The notes under the pieces are model-generated. The model had not been told where the DNA came from and searched no databases. It was given only the letters and a program-made list of their open reading frames with translations. A stretch of 64,000 nt of DNA from a virus. Lineage: Duplodnaviria > Caudoviricetes. Below are positions 45,209 through 53,848 of the stretch, in pieces (position 1 is the first letter of the stretch; each line of letters starts with the position of its first letter). The translations under genes and the position numbers were made by a program. Where the stretch lies: IMG/VR virus record IMGVR_UViG_3300007770_000001. One strand, given 5' to 3'.

Positions 45209-48174
45209 AGCCGAACCCAGCCCGCGTGGCTGTGCGTTGGGCCGTATCCCAGCAGCAAGCAGCCCCGAAGCCCATGGCGCCCGTTGGGAAGCCAGGGGTT
45301 CATGTGGGTCTGTTCTTCCCCGTCCCCGAGGATATCGCTGATCAGTTCCCGGAGAAGGAGCAGGACAAGTCCAACCCCCACGTGACCTTCCTGTATGTGG
45401 GAGAGGTGGAAACCTCTCGGGAACAGGAGCTCGTAGAACTGGTCTCCGACTTCTTCCTGGAGCTGCCGGCTATCCGGGCCTCTCTGGGCCCTATGGACTA
45501 CTTCCTGACGCCAACCCAAAAGGTGGTGTTCAGCTCGGTCCGTTTCTCCCATGACATCTCGAGTATCCGAGACCAGATCCGGGAAGCTCTCCTGAAAGCG
45601 GGCTTCCGTGTCAAAGATGCCTCCCCTATCCGATGGCATCCCCACGTAACCATCGCGTATGTCAGCCCGGAGGAGAACCTCAAGCTGGCGCCGCCCAAGG
45701 GGTCCTGGGATATCGAGACTGTGCGGGTCTGGGGCTTCTCCAAGGAGCACACGATCCTGTTCGGAGGTGCGGGCCGCCGTCCTACCTTCAAGAGCATGTC
45801 CCATCGGGTCGCTGCCAAGTACAAGTCCAAGAAGGATGTCAAGGGTCCCGACGGCAAGACCCACACGATCTACGAGTACTCGGACCAGCACAACGCGAAC
45901 AAGGACAAGGACAAATCCAAGAGGGTCGAGAAGCTCCGCCAGAGCCTCTCGAAGCTCCGGAGCAAGTACCGTAAAGGGCTGTCAGCAGAGGACGCTCGAG
46001 AGCGTCTCACGGCCCTCGCCGTTGCTCTGGTAGACTGCACCTACGAGCGCGTCGGGAATGACGGCTCCGCCAAGGAAGGACACTTCGGTGTCACCGGCTG
46101 GCAGAAGAAGCATGTCACCATCTCTGGGAATACAGCCACCTTCAAGTACACCGGGAAGTCGGGGATCGACCACGAGAAAAAGGTCACCAACTCCAAGGTG
46201 GTCGGGGCTCTCAAGAAGGCACTCGAAGGGAAGAAGCCCGGGGACAAGATCCTTTGCGATGGCGATGAGTGTGTGATCTCAGCCACCCAGGTCAATCAGT
46301 ACCTGTCGGAGTTCGGAGTCACCGCCAAGGATATCCGAGGCCTCCACGCCAACGAGGAGATGAAGAAGAGTCTCTCGGCCATCCGCAAGAAGGGACCCAA
46401 GCTTCCCTCCGACAAGAAGGAGCGGGAGAAACTCCTCAAGGATGAGTTCAAGCAGGCCCTCGAGTCCGCAGCCGAGGCAGTCGGCCACACCACCTCCATT
46501 CTGCGCTCCAGCTATCTGGTTCCGGGTCTGGAGGACAAGTTCATGCAGGACGGAACGGTGATCAACAAGCTGAACAAGGCTGGCCGTACAAAGACGGCTG
46601 CCTTTGACATCCTGCGGCACTGCCCCCACTGTCTGGGGATTGTGTCTGACCTGGCCAAGTTCTGGGATACCTGTACGGACTGTGGCTACGAGGTCAATCT
46701 GGGAGGCTTCTATAATGGGCGTGGTGATGCTCCTCACGGAGGAAAGCCTGTCGAGAGGATGGCCCGCGAAGACGCGTGGCAGCCGATTCCTGAGACGGAT
46801 CCTCGCCTGATCAAGCAGGCCCTGGATACCTTCTCCCAGTACTCCCGAGGTCCAATGATGTGGATCGGGGAGGAAACACGCCTGGCCACACTTGAAGAGC
46901 TCGCCCAGTACCTGGAACGTGTCGGAGCTCCCATCCCTGCCGTTCCCCATACCAAGACTGCTGCGGGGAACCAAGAGGTCATCGAGGCTCCTCACAACTT
47001 CCATCGAGTCAAGGTAGAGCCCCCACGAGCCAAGCGGAAGGTGTACCCGTTCGAGGGCTACATCGACTTCCAGGGCATCCAGATCGATGTAGAGAACAAG
47101 AAGGGGTCCTCTCGCTCCGGGGCGGATCCCGACGGGAACAAGTGGTCTATCAAGATGCACGCCCACTACGGGGAGATCCGTGGGACCGAGGGCACCGACG
47201 GGGATAAGCTTGACGTCTACGTGGGGGAGAACCACGATTCCTCGGTGGTGGTCGTAGTTCACCAACAGGACCCCAGCACTGGCAAGTTCGACGAGGACAA
47301 GGTCCTGTTGGGATTCGACTCTCCTGAGGAGGCCATCGGTCTCTACAAGAAGCAGTACGACAAGCCAGGCTTCTTCAAGGAGGGCGAGTTCCTGACCATG
47401 CCCATTGGCCAGTTCTGGCGCTGGGTCAACGATCGGAAGAACAAGGGGAAGAAGGTGAAGGCTCGGTACTGGAGACCTCTCTCCGATGCTGTCGGGCTCA
47501 AGACTGCCAAGAAGGGCTCCTGGCAGGAGAGGTACTGGAAGACTGCCATTATCCACCTCTGGAACGCAACAGACGGAGAGGGTGATCTCCGGGGGAATCC
47601 CGGTCTTCAGTCGAGCCTGACTCTGTACGAGCGCGCGCTGATACAGGAGCTCTTGATTCATGAGCAGCCCATTCTCCGGACGGGCGAGCACTACCACGTC
47701 CGGGACCACCGACTGGATCCCGAGGCGGTTGGGGAGCTCATCGGCGCAGGATATCTCGAGGAACTGGAGGACGGTTCGGTTGTCGTTTCTCCGATGTACC
47801 ACGCCAAGGCACGCCTGTATGGTGGGGGTCTGACTCTGAAGGAGCAGATCATGGCCTACGAGCTCGGGTACGACCACACCAAGTCTGCTGCGCGTCACGG
47901 TCCTCCGACTCAGGTTGGTCTCTCCTCTGTTCTGAAGCGGAAAGGTCTGGAGCCGGTCGATATCTGGTTCGGACAGGTTCGTCCCCACCGCCGGCCGACG
48001 GTGACCAAGCTCGAGGCTCTGCGCACACGCGCCGGAGATATCGTCTACTTTGCCGGGATGGATGGCAAGGGCGAGCCTGTCGTTGGCCGCACTGAGCGGG
48101 AAGCAAAGGAGCTCGCCAACGAGATCGTTAAGCTCCGCCTTCGCCACCAAACCCCAACGATCCACAGCACCTGA
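45205..48174 (+). CDS. polyvalent protein: 2H phosphoesterase, topoisomerase IB, Zn ribbon, inorganic-pyrophosphatase-like domain and two unknown domains
   Basis: HVTFLY/HVTIAY (2H); Topo IB pentad ERVG, GKSG, KDIR, GHT, SYL; CPHC..CTDC; YGEIRGTEGTDGDKLDVYVG...FDEDKVLLGF (PPase-like). Confidence 0.88.
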   Translation: MKPNPARVAVRWAVSQQQAAPKPMAPVGKPGVHVGLFFPVPEDIADQFPEKEQDKSNPHVTFLYVGEVETSREQELVELVSDFFLELPAIRASLGPMDYFLTPTQKVVFSSVRFSHDISSIRDQIREALLKAGFRVKDASPIRWHPHVTIAYVSPEENLKLAPPKGSWDIETVRVWGFSKEHTILFGGAGRRPTFKSMSHRVAAKYKSKKDVKGPDGKTHTIYEYSDQHNANKDKDKSKRVEKLRQSLSKLRSKYRKGLSAEDARERLTALAVALVDCTYERVGNDGSAKEGHFGVTGWQKKHVTISGNTATFKYTGKSGIDHEKKVTNSKVVGALKKALEGKKPGDKILCDGDECVISATQVNQYLSEFGVTAKDIRGLHANEEMKKSLSAIRKKGPKLPSDKKEREKLLKDEFKQALESAAEAVGHTTSILRSSYLVPGLEDKFMQDGTVINKLNKAGRTKTAAFDILRHCPHCLGIVSDLAKFWDTCTDCGYEVNLGGFYNGRGDAPHGGKPVERMAREDAWQPIPETDPRLIKQALDTFSQYSRGPMMWIGEETRLATLEELAQYLERVGAPIPAVPHTKTAAGNQEVIEAPHNFHRVKVEPPRAKRKVYPFEGYIDFQGIQIDVENKKGSSRSGADPDGNKWSIKMHAHYGEIRGTEGTDGDKLDVYVGENHDSSVVVVVHQQDPSTGKFDEDKVLLGFDSPEEAIGLYKKQYDKPGFFKEGEFLTMPIGQFWRWVNDRKNKGKKVKARYWRPLSDAVGLKTAKKGSWQERYWKTAIIHLWNATDGEGDLRGNPGLQSSLTLYERALIQELLIHEQPILRTGEHYHVRDHRLDPEAVGELIGAGYLEELEDGSVVVSPMYHAKARLYGGGLTLKEQIMAYELGYDHTKSAARHGPPTQVGLSSVLKRKGLEPVDIWFGQVRPHRRPTVTKLEALRTRAGDIVYFAGMDGKGEPVVGRTEREAKELANEIVKLRLRHQTPTIHST

Positions 48175-50027
48175 TGATTGTCTCCCCCGAGCGTGTGGCC
48201 CGTCTGTTCTTGGCGACCAAGACACGTTCGGAGAAGGAAGAGGCTGAGGCGGAGCGGCTGATCAGGCCCTCTCCGAAGAAGAAGCCTCCTCGTCGGGATC
48301 TGGAACGAGGTCGGGTCAACGATAGCGAGGACGACCCGGACGAGAAGCAGGACAAGAAGGACCGGTCCCACAACTACAAGGACTCAAGCTTCGACCTGGT
48401 AGCTTGGTGGTTCAAGAACGCTCGGGACACCAGTACGGTCAGGATGCGCAAGGTGGATACCGGGCGCGTCGTCGACGTCTCTCCGGACACTGTCTCTGAG
48501 AACCCAGGCGCGTACGAGGAAGTCACTGGGGACGATGCAACAGATACGGACGACGCTGATCCTGATGCAACCGAGGACACCCCTTCCGACACTCCCAGTT
48601 CTGATCCAAAAGGGGATGCCCCTCCCAAGCCTGACCCCTCCTCTCTCCCAGGGCCTACGGACCTCCCGGACAAGGACGCGTACGAGAAGTTCCGCTCCGA
48701 TGCCATGGCTCGCTACACAGCCTTGGGGATAGCTGAAGACGAGGTTACTGAGATCTTGGACATGGTCTCGAACCAAGGGGACGCTGAGGAATCAGTGGTC
48801 CTGTTGGATGAGCTCGCGGATACGGCTGCTGCGGAAAAGGCGGACCGAGAGAAGGCCGAGAAGGCCGAGGCCGAAGCTCTCCAGAAGGAGCAGACCGAGG
48901 CTGAAGAGGCTCGGAAGAAGGAGGAGCGGGACAAGCTCACCAAGGATCTCACTCAGGGTCTGCCGAGGGACCAGGAGTCTGCTCTTGAGAGGTCCCTCGG
49001 GAAGCTCTCTCCCGAGCAGTTCCAGGCGTTCTCGGAAACTCTGCAGAACCGGGTGTCTGACCTCAACGCGAGTCGTCCGGACATCAAAGAGTTCATGGAG
49101 GACCTCTCCGCGCGGAAGAAGGATCTCCGGGAAAGCACTGACCCGGCCCGGTTGGGAGAAGCCCTCGCGGCCGTGACCTACTTCAACACGGTGGTAGACA
49201 ACCCTGCTGTGGATCTGGATAACCCTCTTCCGGAGAAGGGAGGGGACGAGCTGGAAGGGGATGCTCTGACTGAGGCCCGGAAGAAGTCGGTCGAGAGGTC
49301 CTCACGTGCAGTAGAGAAGTATCGTGCGATGTCCTCCGAAGATCGGAAACGTCACCTCAAGCGGCTGGACCAAGAGCTCCTGGATCTCCCAGACGGATCG
49401 CCCCGCCGAGTAGAGCTTGAGGCGATTGAGAAGGGGTTGGGAATCGCTGCTGTCCTCGAAGAGGGAGACTCGGTTCGAGGAGCCGGCTCTGCAGTAGCCG
49501 GAGTCATCCGTGCTGCCGATACAGCTGGGGATCTTGACAAGATCCTATCTCTCTCTGTGTTGGAGAGCACCGATGCCCTGGGTTCGGATGACCAGCATAT
49601 CATCCGTGGTGTCTACAACAACCTGGGCTCTATGGATTTCGTAGATGTGGTCGCCAAGGACCACCCCGCCCGTCCCCTCGCTGAACTCCTTGCGGACCCG
49701 GCGGGGAGCAAGAACATGTCCCGGGCGGACAGGGCGTTCATGAAAGAACTCCTGGTGGATGCCCTAGTCGCGGACACTGCCTTCCTGGATCCCCTCGTTT
49801 CAGGGGAGAGCGAAGGCCTCACGGTCAAGGAACACCGCAAGAAGTCTCTGAAGAAGCGGAAGAAGTTCACCCCATCGACCAAGATCCCAACGGACGTCAA
49901 GGGCGCTCGTGGTTGGTTCGAAGAGTTCCTCGAGAACCTCTCCGCACCGTTCCGAAAGAAGTCCTCCTCCCACATTCCTTGGGATTTCACCCCCTGGAAC
50001 CCCGAAACCATCACCTTCCAGACCTAA
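48174..50027 (+). CDS. large acidic helical protein, putative internal head/ejection protein
   Basis: Starts MIVSPERVARLFL; low-complexity D/T/P linker; coiled coil. Confidence 0.7.
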   Translation: MIVSPERVARLFLATKTRSEKEEAEAERLIRPSPKKKPPRRDLERGRVNDSEDDPDEKQDKKDRSHNYKDSSFDLVAWWFKNARDTSTVRMRKVDTGRVVDVSPDTVSENPGAYEEVTGDDATDTDDADPDATEDTPSDTPSSDPKGDAPPKPDPSSLPGPTDLPDKDAYEKFRSDAMARYTALGIAEDEVTEILDMVSNQGDAEESVVLLDELADTAAAEKADREKAEKAEAEALQKEQTEAEEARKKEERDKLTKDLTQGLPRDQESALERSLGKLSPEQFQAFSETLQNRVSDLNASRPDIKEFMEDLSARKKDLRESTDPARLGEALAAVTYFNTVVDNPAVDLDNPLPEKGGDELEGDALTEARKKSVERSSRAVEKYRAMSSEDRKRHLKRLDQELLDLPDGSPRRVELEAIEKGLGIAAVLEEGDSVRGAGSAVAGVIRAADTAGDLDKILSLSVLESTDALGSDDQHIIRGVYNNLGSMDFVDVVAKDHPARPLAELLADPAGSKNMSRADRAFMKELLVDALVADTAFLDPLVSGESEGLTVKEHRKKSLKKRKKFTPSTKIPTDVKGARGWFEEFLENLSAPFRKKSSSHIPWDFTPWNPETITFQT

Positions 50028-50053
50028 AACTACTCTGCTGTTCCCGATTCTTG

Positions 50054-50068
50054 CGGTACCAGTTTTAT
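50054..50068 (+). promoter_or_regulatory. putative late promoter CGGTA-N6-TTAT
   Basis: CGGTA ccagtt TTAT in the gap before 50127. Confidence 0.7.
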
Positions 50069-50126
50069 ATGGCTTCCGCTAAAGGTGAGTCGGCTCAGCC
50101 GTCCCTATCTCTGTGGAGACTGTGAA

Positions 50127-51065
50127 ATGACCAACAAGCTGACCCGGCTCGGTGCTCGGAACCTGACTTCGGCGATGGACAACGTCGCCGATACGATCCA
50201 GACCCACTTCGCTCTGCTGGGCATCGACCCGAAGATCGCCGGGGACTATGCCCTGCGGACCGATCTTCTCTCCGATGTCATCGAGCGGCGTGCCTCTGAG
50301 AACTTCCCCAAGAACGCGGACATGGATCTCTCCGTCATCGGAGAGACCACCACCGCTTCCTCTGTCCCCGGCTACGCAGGGTTCACCGCTCAGATCCGTG
50401 AGCTGGAGGGCCTCGCGACCCAGGCTGCTGAGATCTCCGCCCAGGTGGAGGAGGCCGTCGGCCCTCTCCTGCGGGAAGGCTCGGTTCTGGACGCCGGCCA
50501 GAAGAAGATCCACAAGGCCATCGTCGACGGGTACAAGCAGCACCTGGGGCAGATCGGAGACATCATCATCGAGCGCAAGACAGCTCTGGTGGGCGCTCGT
50601 GCCCGCCTCAAGGTCACCCAGGTCCGCCGGACTCCCAACCAGGTTCAGGGGGAGCTCCTCACGGCCGTTACTGAGCGCTACGGCGCTGAGGTCGCTGACT
50701 TCATCGCCACCACCCAGTCGGCCCTCCGGGATGCCGAGAAGAACCTGCGGATCGCCTTCAAGGGCTTCGAGCTCGAGCAGCGTGCTCTCACCGCCTCCGG
50801 CAAGACGGCGGGCCTCGCCGATCTTCTGGCCCGGTTCCAGGAGACCCTGTCCAAGACCTGGCAGCGTATCGTTCAGGTGGTCCAGAACGCCGTCGGTCTG
50901 GTCTCCGGGGCGGCCAAGCGCGTCACCACGGCCCATGACGACTTCATGGAGGCCTTCTCCGCAGCACAGTCCAAGGCTGCCTCTGATGACGAGGATGCTG
51001 AGGACACCGACAAGGAAGCCTCCCAGACCGACAAGGTCGCGGGCCCCTTCAACCTCTTTGCGTAG
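50127..51065 (+). CDS. putative internal head protein, helical
   Basis: ATG after GGAG; strong codon bias; RRAS, GKTA, KAAS, KEAS and KVAG motifs. Confidence 0.75.
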   Translation: MTNKLTRLGARNLTSAMDNVADTIQTHFALLGIDPKIAGDYALRTDLLSDVIERRASENFPKNADMDLSVIGETTTASSVPGYAGFTAQIRELEGLATQAAEISAQVEEAVGPLLREGSVLDAGQKKIHKAIVDGYKQHLGQIGDIIIERKTALVGARARLKVTQVRRTPNQVQGELLTAVTERYGAEVADFIATTQSALRDAEKNLRIAFKGFELEQRALTASGKTAGLADLLARFQETLSKTWQRIVQVVQNAVGLVSGAAKRVTTAHDDFMEAFSAAQSKAASDDEDAEDTDKEASQTDKVAGPFNLFA

Positions 51066-51079
51066 GTCGATCTGATCGG

Positions 51080-51559
51080 ATGACTCGCTCCGCTTCCAAC
51101 TTCGTCGACTTCCAGTCTCGGGCTCGTGAGTTCTCCGAAGGGGACCTCGCTGCCCCCTTCGGATATTCCGTGGACCAGGCAGGACGGGTCACCAATGTGT
51201 GGCCTGCCGTCGGGATGGTGGATGTGGAGTTCGCGACGGGGAACCGTCGTCTTCCGGCAGAGGATCTCCAGAAGTTCACTCCTGATGGAGATCCTGACCC
51301 CCCGAAGACCAACTCGGTCACCGGACCGAGTTCTACCAAGGTGGCACTCTACTGGGCTCAGCGGGATCGCAAGTATCGGATGTCTCGTCCTGAGATCATC
51401 GATGGTTGTCCCTGCTGCCCTCGCTGCCCGGACAAGCCCAAGCTCAGCCGCGCCATCTACAAAAGGTTGGACGGCGCCAGCGAGCGGCTCCTCGGTTGCA
51501 AGTCCTGTCTCTTCCTGATCAAAAGTTCTGATATCGTCAATATGGGGGGTGGGGGATGA
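51080..51559 (+). CDS. structural-region protein with SH3-like and Zn-ribbon parts
   Basis: GRVTNVWPAVGMVDVEF, KVALYWAQ, CPCCPRC...CKSC. Confidence 0.7.
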   Translation: MTRSASNFVDFQSRAREFSEGDLAAPFGYSVDQAGRVTNVWPAVGMVDVEFATGNRRLPAEDLQKFTPDGDPDPPKTNSVTGPSSTKVALYWAQRDRKYRMSRPEIIDGCPCCPRCPDKPKLSRAIYKRLDGASERLLGCKSCLFLIKSSDIVNMGGGG

Positions 51560-52371
51560 CTCCGGGCATTTATTCCATCCTCAACACCCAGAATGGGAAG
51601 AGGTACGTCGGGAGATCCAAGAATATGGAGGCCCGGTGGCGAGGCCATGAACGTTCGCTGGTGGCGGGGTCTCATTGCAACAACCATCTCCAGAGGTCCT
51701 GGAACCTTTACGGATCCTCCACCTTTCAGTTTGAGATTCTTGAGGTAGTCCCGGATGCGATGACGCGGGCCCACAGGGAAGCGTTCTGGTGTGGCCACTT
51801 CGATACCCACAACCGAGACAAGGGCTACAATATCGGGGATGTCCGGACAGATGAAGGGTCGGTTTACGTTTCAGACGAAGTTCGTTTGAAACGTTCTGCA
51901 GCGCGGCTTGGGAAGACTATGTCGGCAGAGACGCGAAGGAAGATTTCGATCGCCAACAAGGGGCGAAAGAGGACATCTGAGGTTTGCGAGAGGATTCGGC
52001 AAGCACGTACCGGGACCAAGGCTTCCGAAGAAACCCGGAAGAAGATGTCCGTGTCTCGTAGGAAATGGAACCACAGCCCGGAGACAGTGGCGAAGATAGC
52101 TGACTCCAACCGAGGACAGAAGAGATCCCCTGCCATTTGCCAGGCTATGTCAGAAGCCCGAAAGGGGAGGCCTGGACGCCCTCACACCGCTGAGACCAAA
52201 GCCAAGATCTCAGAGAAACTCCAGGGGCAGAAGCGCACGCCGGAGCAGTGTGCGCGGATTTCCGTCTCGAAGCAGGGGCCTCGGAAACCGCATTCTGAGG
52301 AAACCCGGAACAAGATAGCGGCTTCTCTCAGAGCCTATTGGGCTCGGCGGAAGAGTTCCGACATCGTCAAC
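51521..52371 (+). repeat. 21-bp synonymously recoded direct repeat (KSSDIVN) flanking the GIY-YIG gene
   Basis: aaa agt tct gat atc gtc aat at 51521 versus aag agt tcc gac atc gtc aac at 52351. Confidence 0.85.
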
Positions 52372-52389
52372 AACCCAAGCTGCGCATAG
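51556..52389 (+). mobile_element. free-standing GIY-YIG homing endonuclease with NUMOD3 repeats
   Basis: GIYSILNTQNGKRYVGRS...RW..H, FEILE, GYN; repeated S.ETRRKIS/HSPETVAKI/HTAETKAKIS/HSEETRNKI units. Confidence 0.92.
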
Positions 52390-52390
52390 A

Positions 52391-53848
52391 ATGGCTCACT
52401 CCAAGAAAGCATATGCGATGCTCACCCATCCCCGGATCACCGGGCGTGGTTGGGGCAAAATGCGTCGGAAGGCGACGTCCGGGGCTTCCTCGGCCAACCT
52501 GTCGGATCAGGCTCGTCTGATCCTCGGCGGGCCTCTGGATCCCGACAAGTACCTCTTCTCGCACTGCACCATCGTGGCGTCGGTGGATATCGATCCCGTC
52601 CCGGGTGTCCGTATGGGCACTGTCAAGGTAGGGAACTCGACCATTGACCGTCGCTATGGCGACTACTACATCAGGCCCACCAGTTCCCAGTATGTGAACA
52701 ACAACGGGGACTCTTGGTCTCGCCCAGTGCTGCTGGCCAGCTATCCGACCTTCGTCGGGGGCCACAACTTCCTCGAGCATGTCCAGGTTGCCTCCAAGTC
52801 CAAGGGCCGGATCATCGATGCGGTCGCTCGGGATGTTGGGGACTCGGTCTACATCGACATCCTGGTCGCGACCAATCGGAAGCATGCTTCCCTGATCTCG
52901 GACATCAAGTCCGGACGTCTCAACACCCTCTCGATGGGCTGTACCACCGACTTCACGATCTGCACCAAGTGCGGACACGTGGCGGTGGACGAGACCGACC
53001 TCTGCGACCACGTCAAGGTTGCCAAGCTCGACACCTTCCTCGACGAGCGGAACGAGCGTCGGATCATCGCCGAGCTCTGCGGCCACATCTCTCACAACGA
53101 GACGGGGGGTGTCAACTTCATCGAAGCCAGCTGGGTTGGGATCCCGGCTTTCACTGGCGCGGTGATGCGAAACATCCTGCAGATCGCCAACCTCGATGAG
53201 CGCGAGTCCGAGATTCGCCGGATCCTCGCCAGTCAAGGTCCCTCGTGGTCGGAGGCTGCCATGATGAAGGCAGCCAAGTTCGACCCCCAAAGGTTCCTGG
53301 TTGGACAAGGGGACGAGGACAACGAGGATCAAGAGCCAGAGCCAACCCCGGAGCCCGAGACCAAGGACACTCTCCAGAAGCTCGAAGATGACCTGGTTGA
53401 CCGAGTCAAGGACCGCGTGCAGGACCGCCTCCGCTCCGAGATGCGTTCCGATGAGGGTGACAAGACCCTTGGGGACTCCGACTGGCCCAATGACACTCTG
53501 AACAGGGAAGCCCGGACCCGGGTAGCCTCCAACACCCGCCGTCGCTACAAGATCGCGGTGGAAACGGCTCTCCGGCATGCGACCTCTCAGATCGCTCTCG
53601 TCGACTCGGTCGCTCGGATCAACATCGCCCACGATATCCGGATCCCCGTCTCCATCTATCGCGCCGCTCTCGAGGCTGGCTCCTCTTCTCGCTACGCTGG
53701 AACTCAGCAGTACGTGAATCGGATGCAGCACCTCCTGGGTCGCCGCATCAGTCCCGCCGAATTCCGGGTTGTTGTCCGGGTCGGCTCCCTGCTCTCCCAG
53801 TGGGAGCAATTCAACAACCCGCAGTCATCCTCCCCGAGGAGTTCCTAA
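52391..53848 (+). CDS. prohead (capsid maturation) protease with C-terminal extension
   Basis: GGHNFLEH, DAVARD, LNTLSMGC (Ser nucleophile), ICTKCGH..CDH zinc module, EASWV..PAF; upstream of scaffold, decoration and MCP genes. Confidence 0.8.
   Translation: MAHSKKAYAMLTHPRITGRGWGKMRRKATSGASSANLSDQARLILGGPLDPDKYLFSHCTIVASVDIDPVPGVRMGTVKVGNSTIDRRYGDYYIRPTSSQYVNNNGDSWSRPVLLASYPTFVGGHNFLEHVQVASKSKGRIIDAVARDVGDSVYIDILVATNRKHASLISDIKSGRLNTLSMGCTTDFTICTKCGHVAVDETDLCDHVKVAKLDTFLDERNERRIIAELCGHISHNETGGVNFIEASWVGIPAFTGAVMRNILQIANLDERESEIRRILASQGPSWSEAAMMKAAKFDPQRFLVGQGDEDNEDQEPEPTPEPETKDTLQKLEDDLVDRVKDRVQDRLRSEMRSDEGDKTLGDSDWPNDTLNREARTRVASNTRRRYKIAVETALRHATSQIALVDSVARINIAHDIRIPVSIYRAALEAGSSSRYAGTQQYVNRMQHLLGRRISPAEFRVVVRVGSLLSQWEQFNNPQSSSPRSS

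Noticed and set aside
22616-48225. Very long minus-strand ORFs (e.g. 22616..24586, 32247..34787, 42926..44881, 46279..48225)
   Set aside because: They mirror well-supported plus-strand genes, have no motifs or RBS, and are expected antisense shadows of strong C/G third-position bias.
51556-52389. Group I intron or intein around the GIY-YIG gene
   Set aside because: The upstream gene has its own stop overlapping the endonuclease ATG, there is no room for an intron core, and no intein termini are present; a free-standing element fits better.
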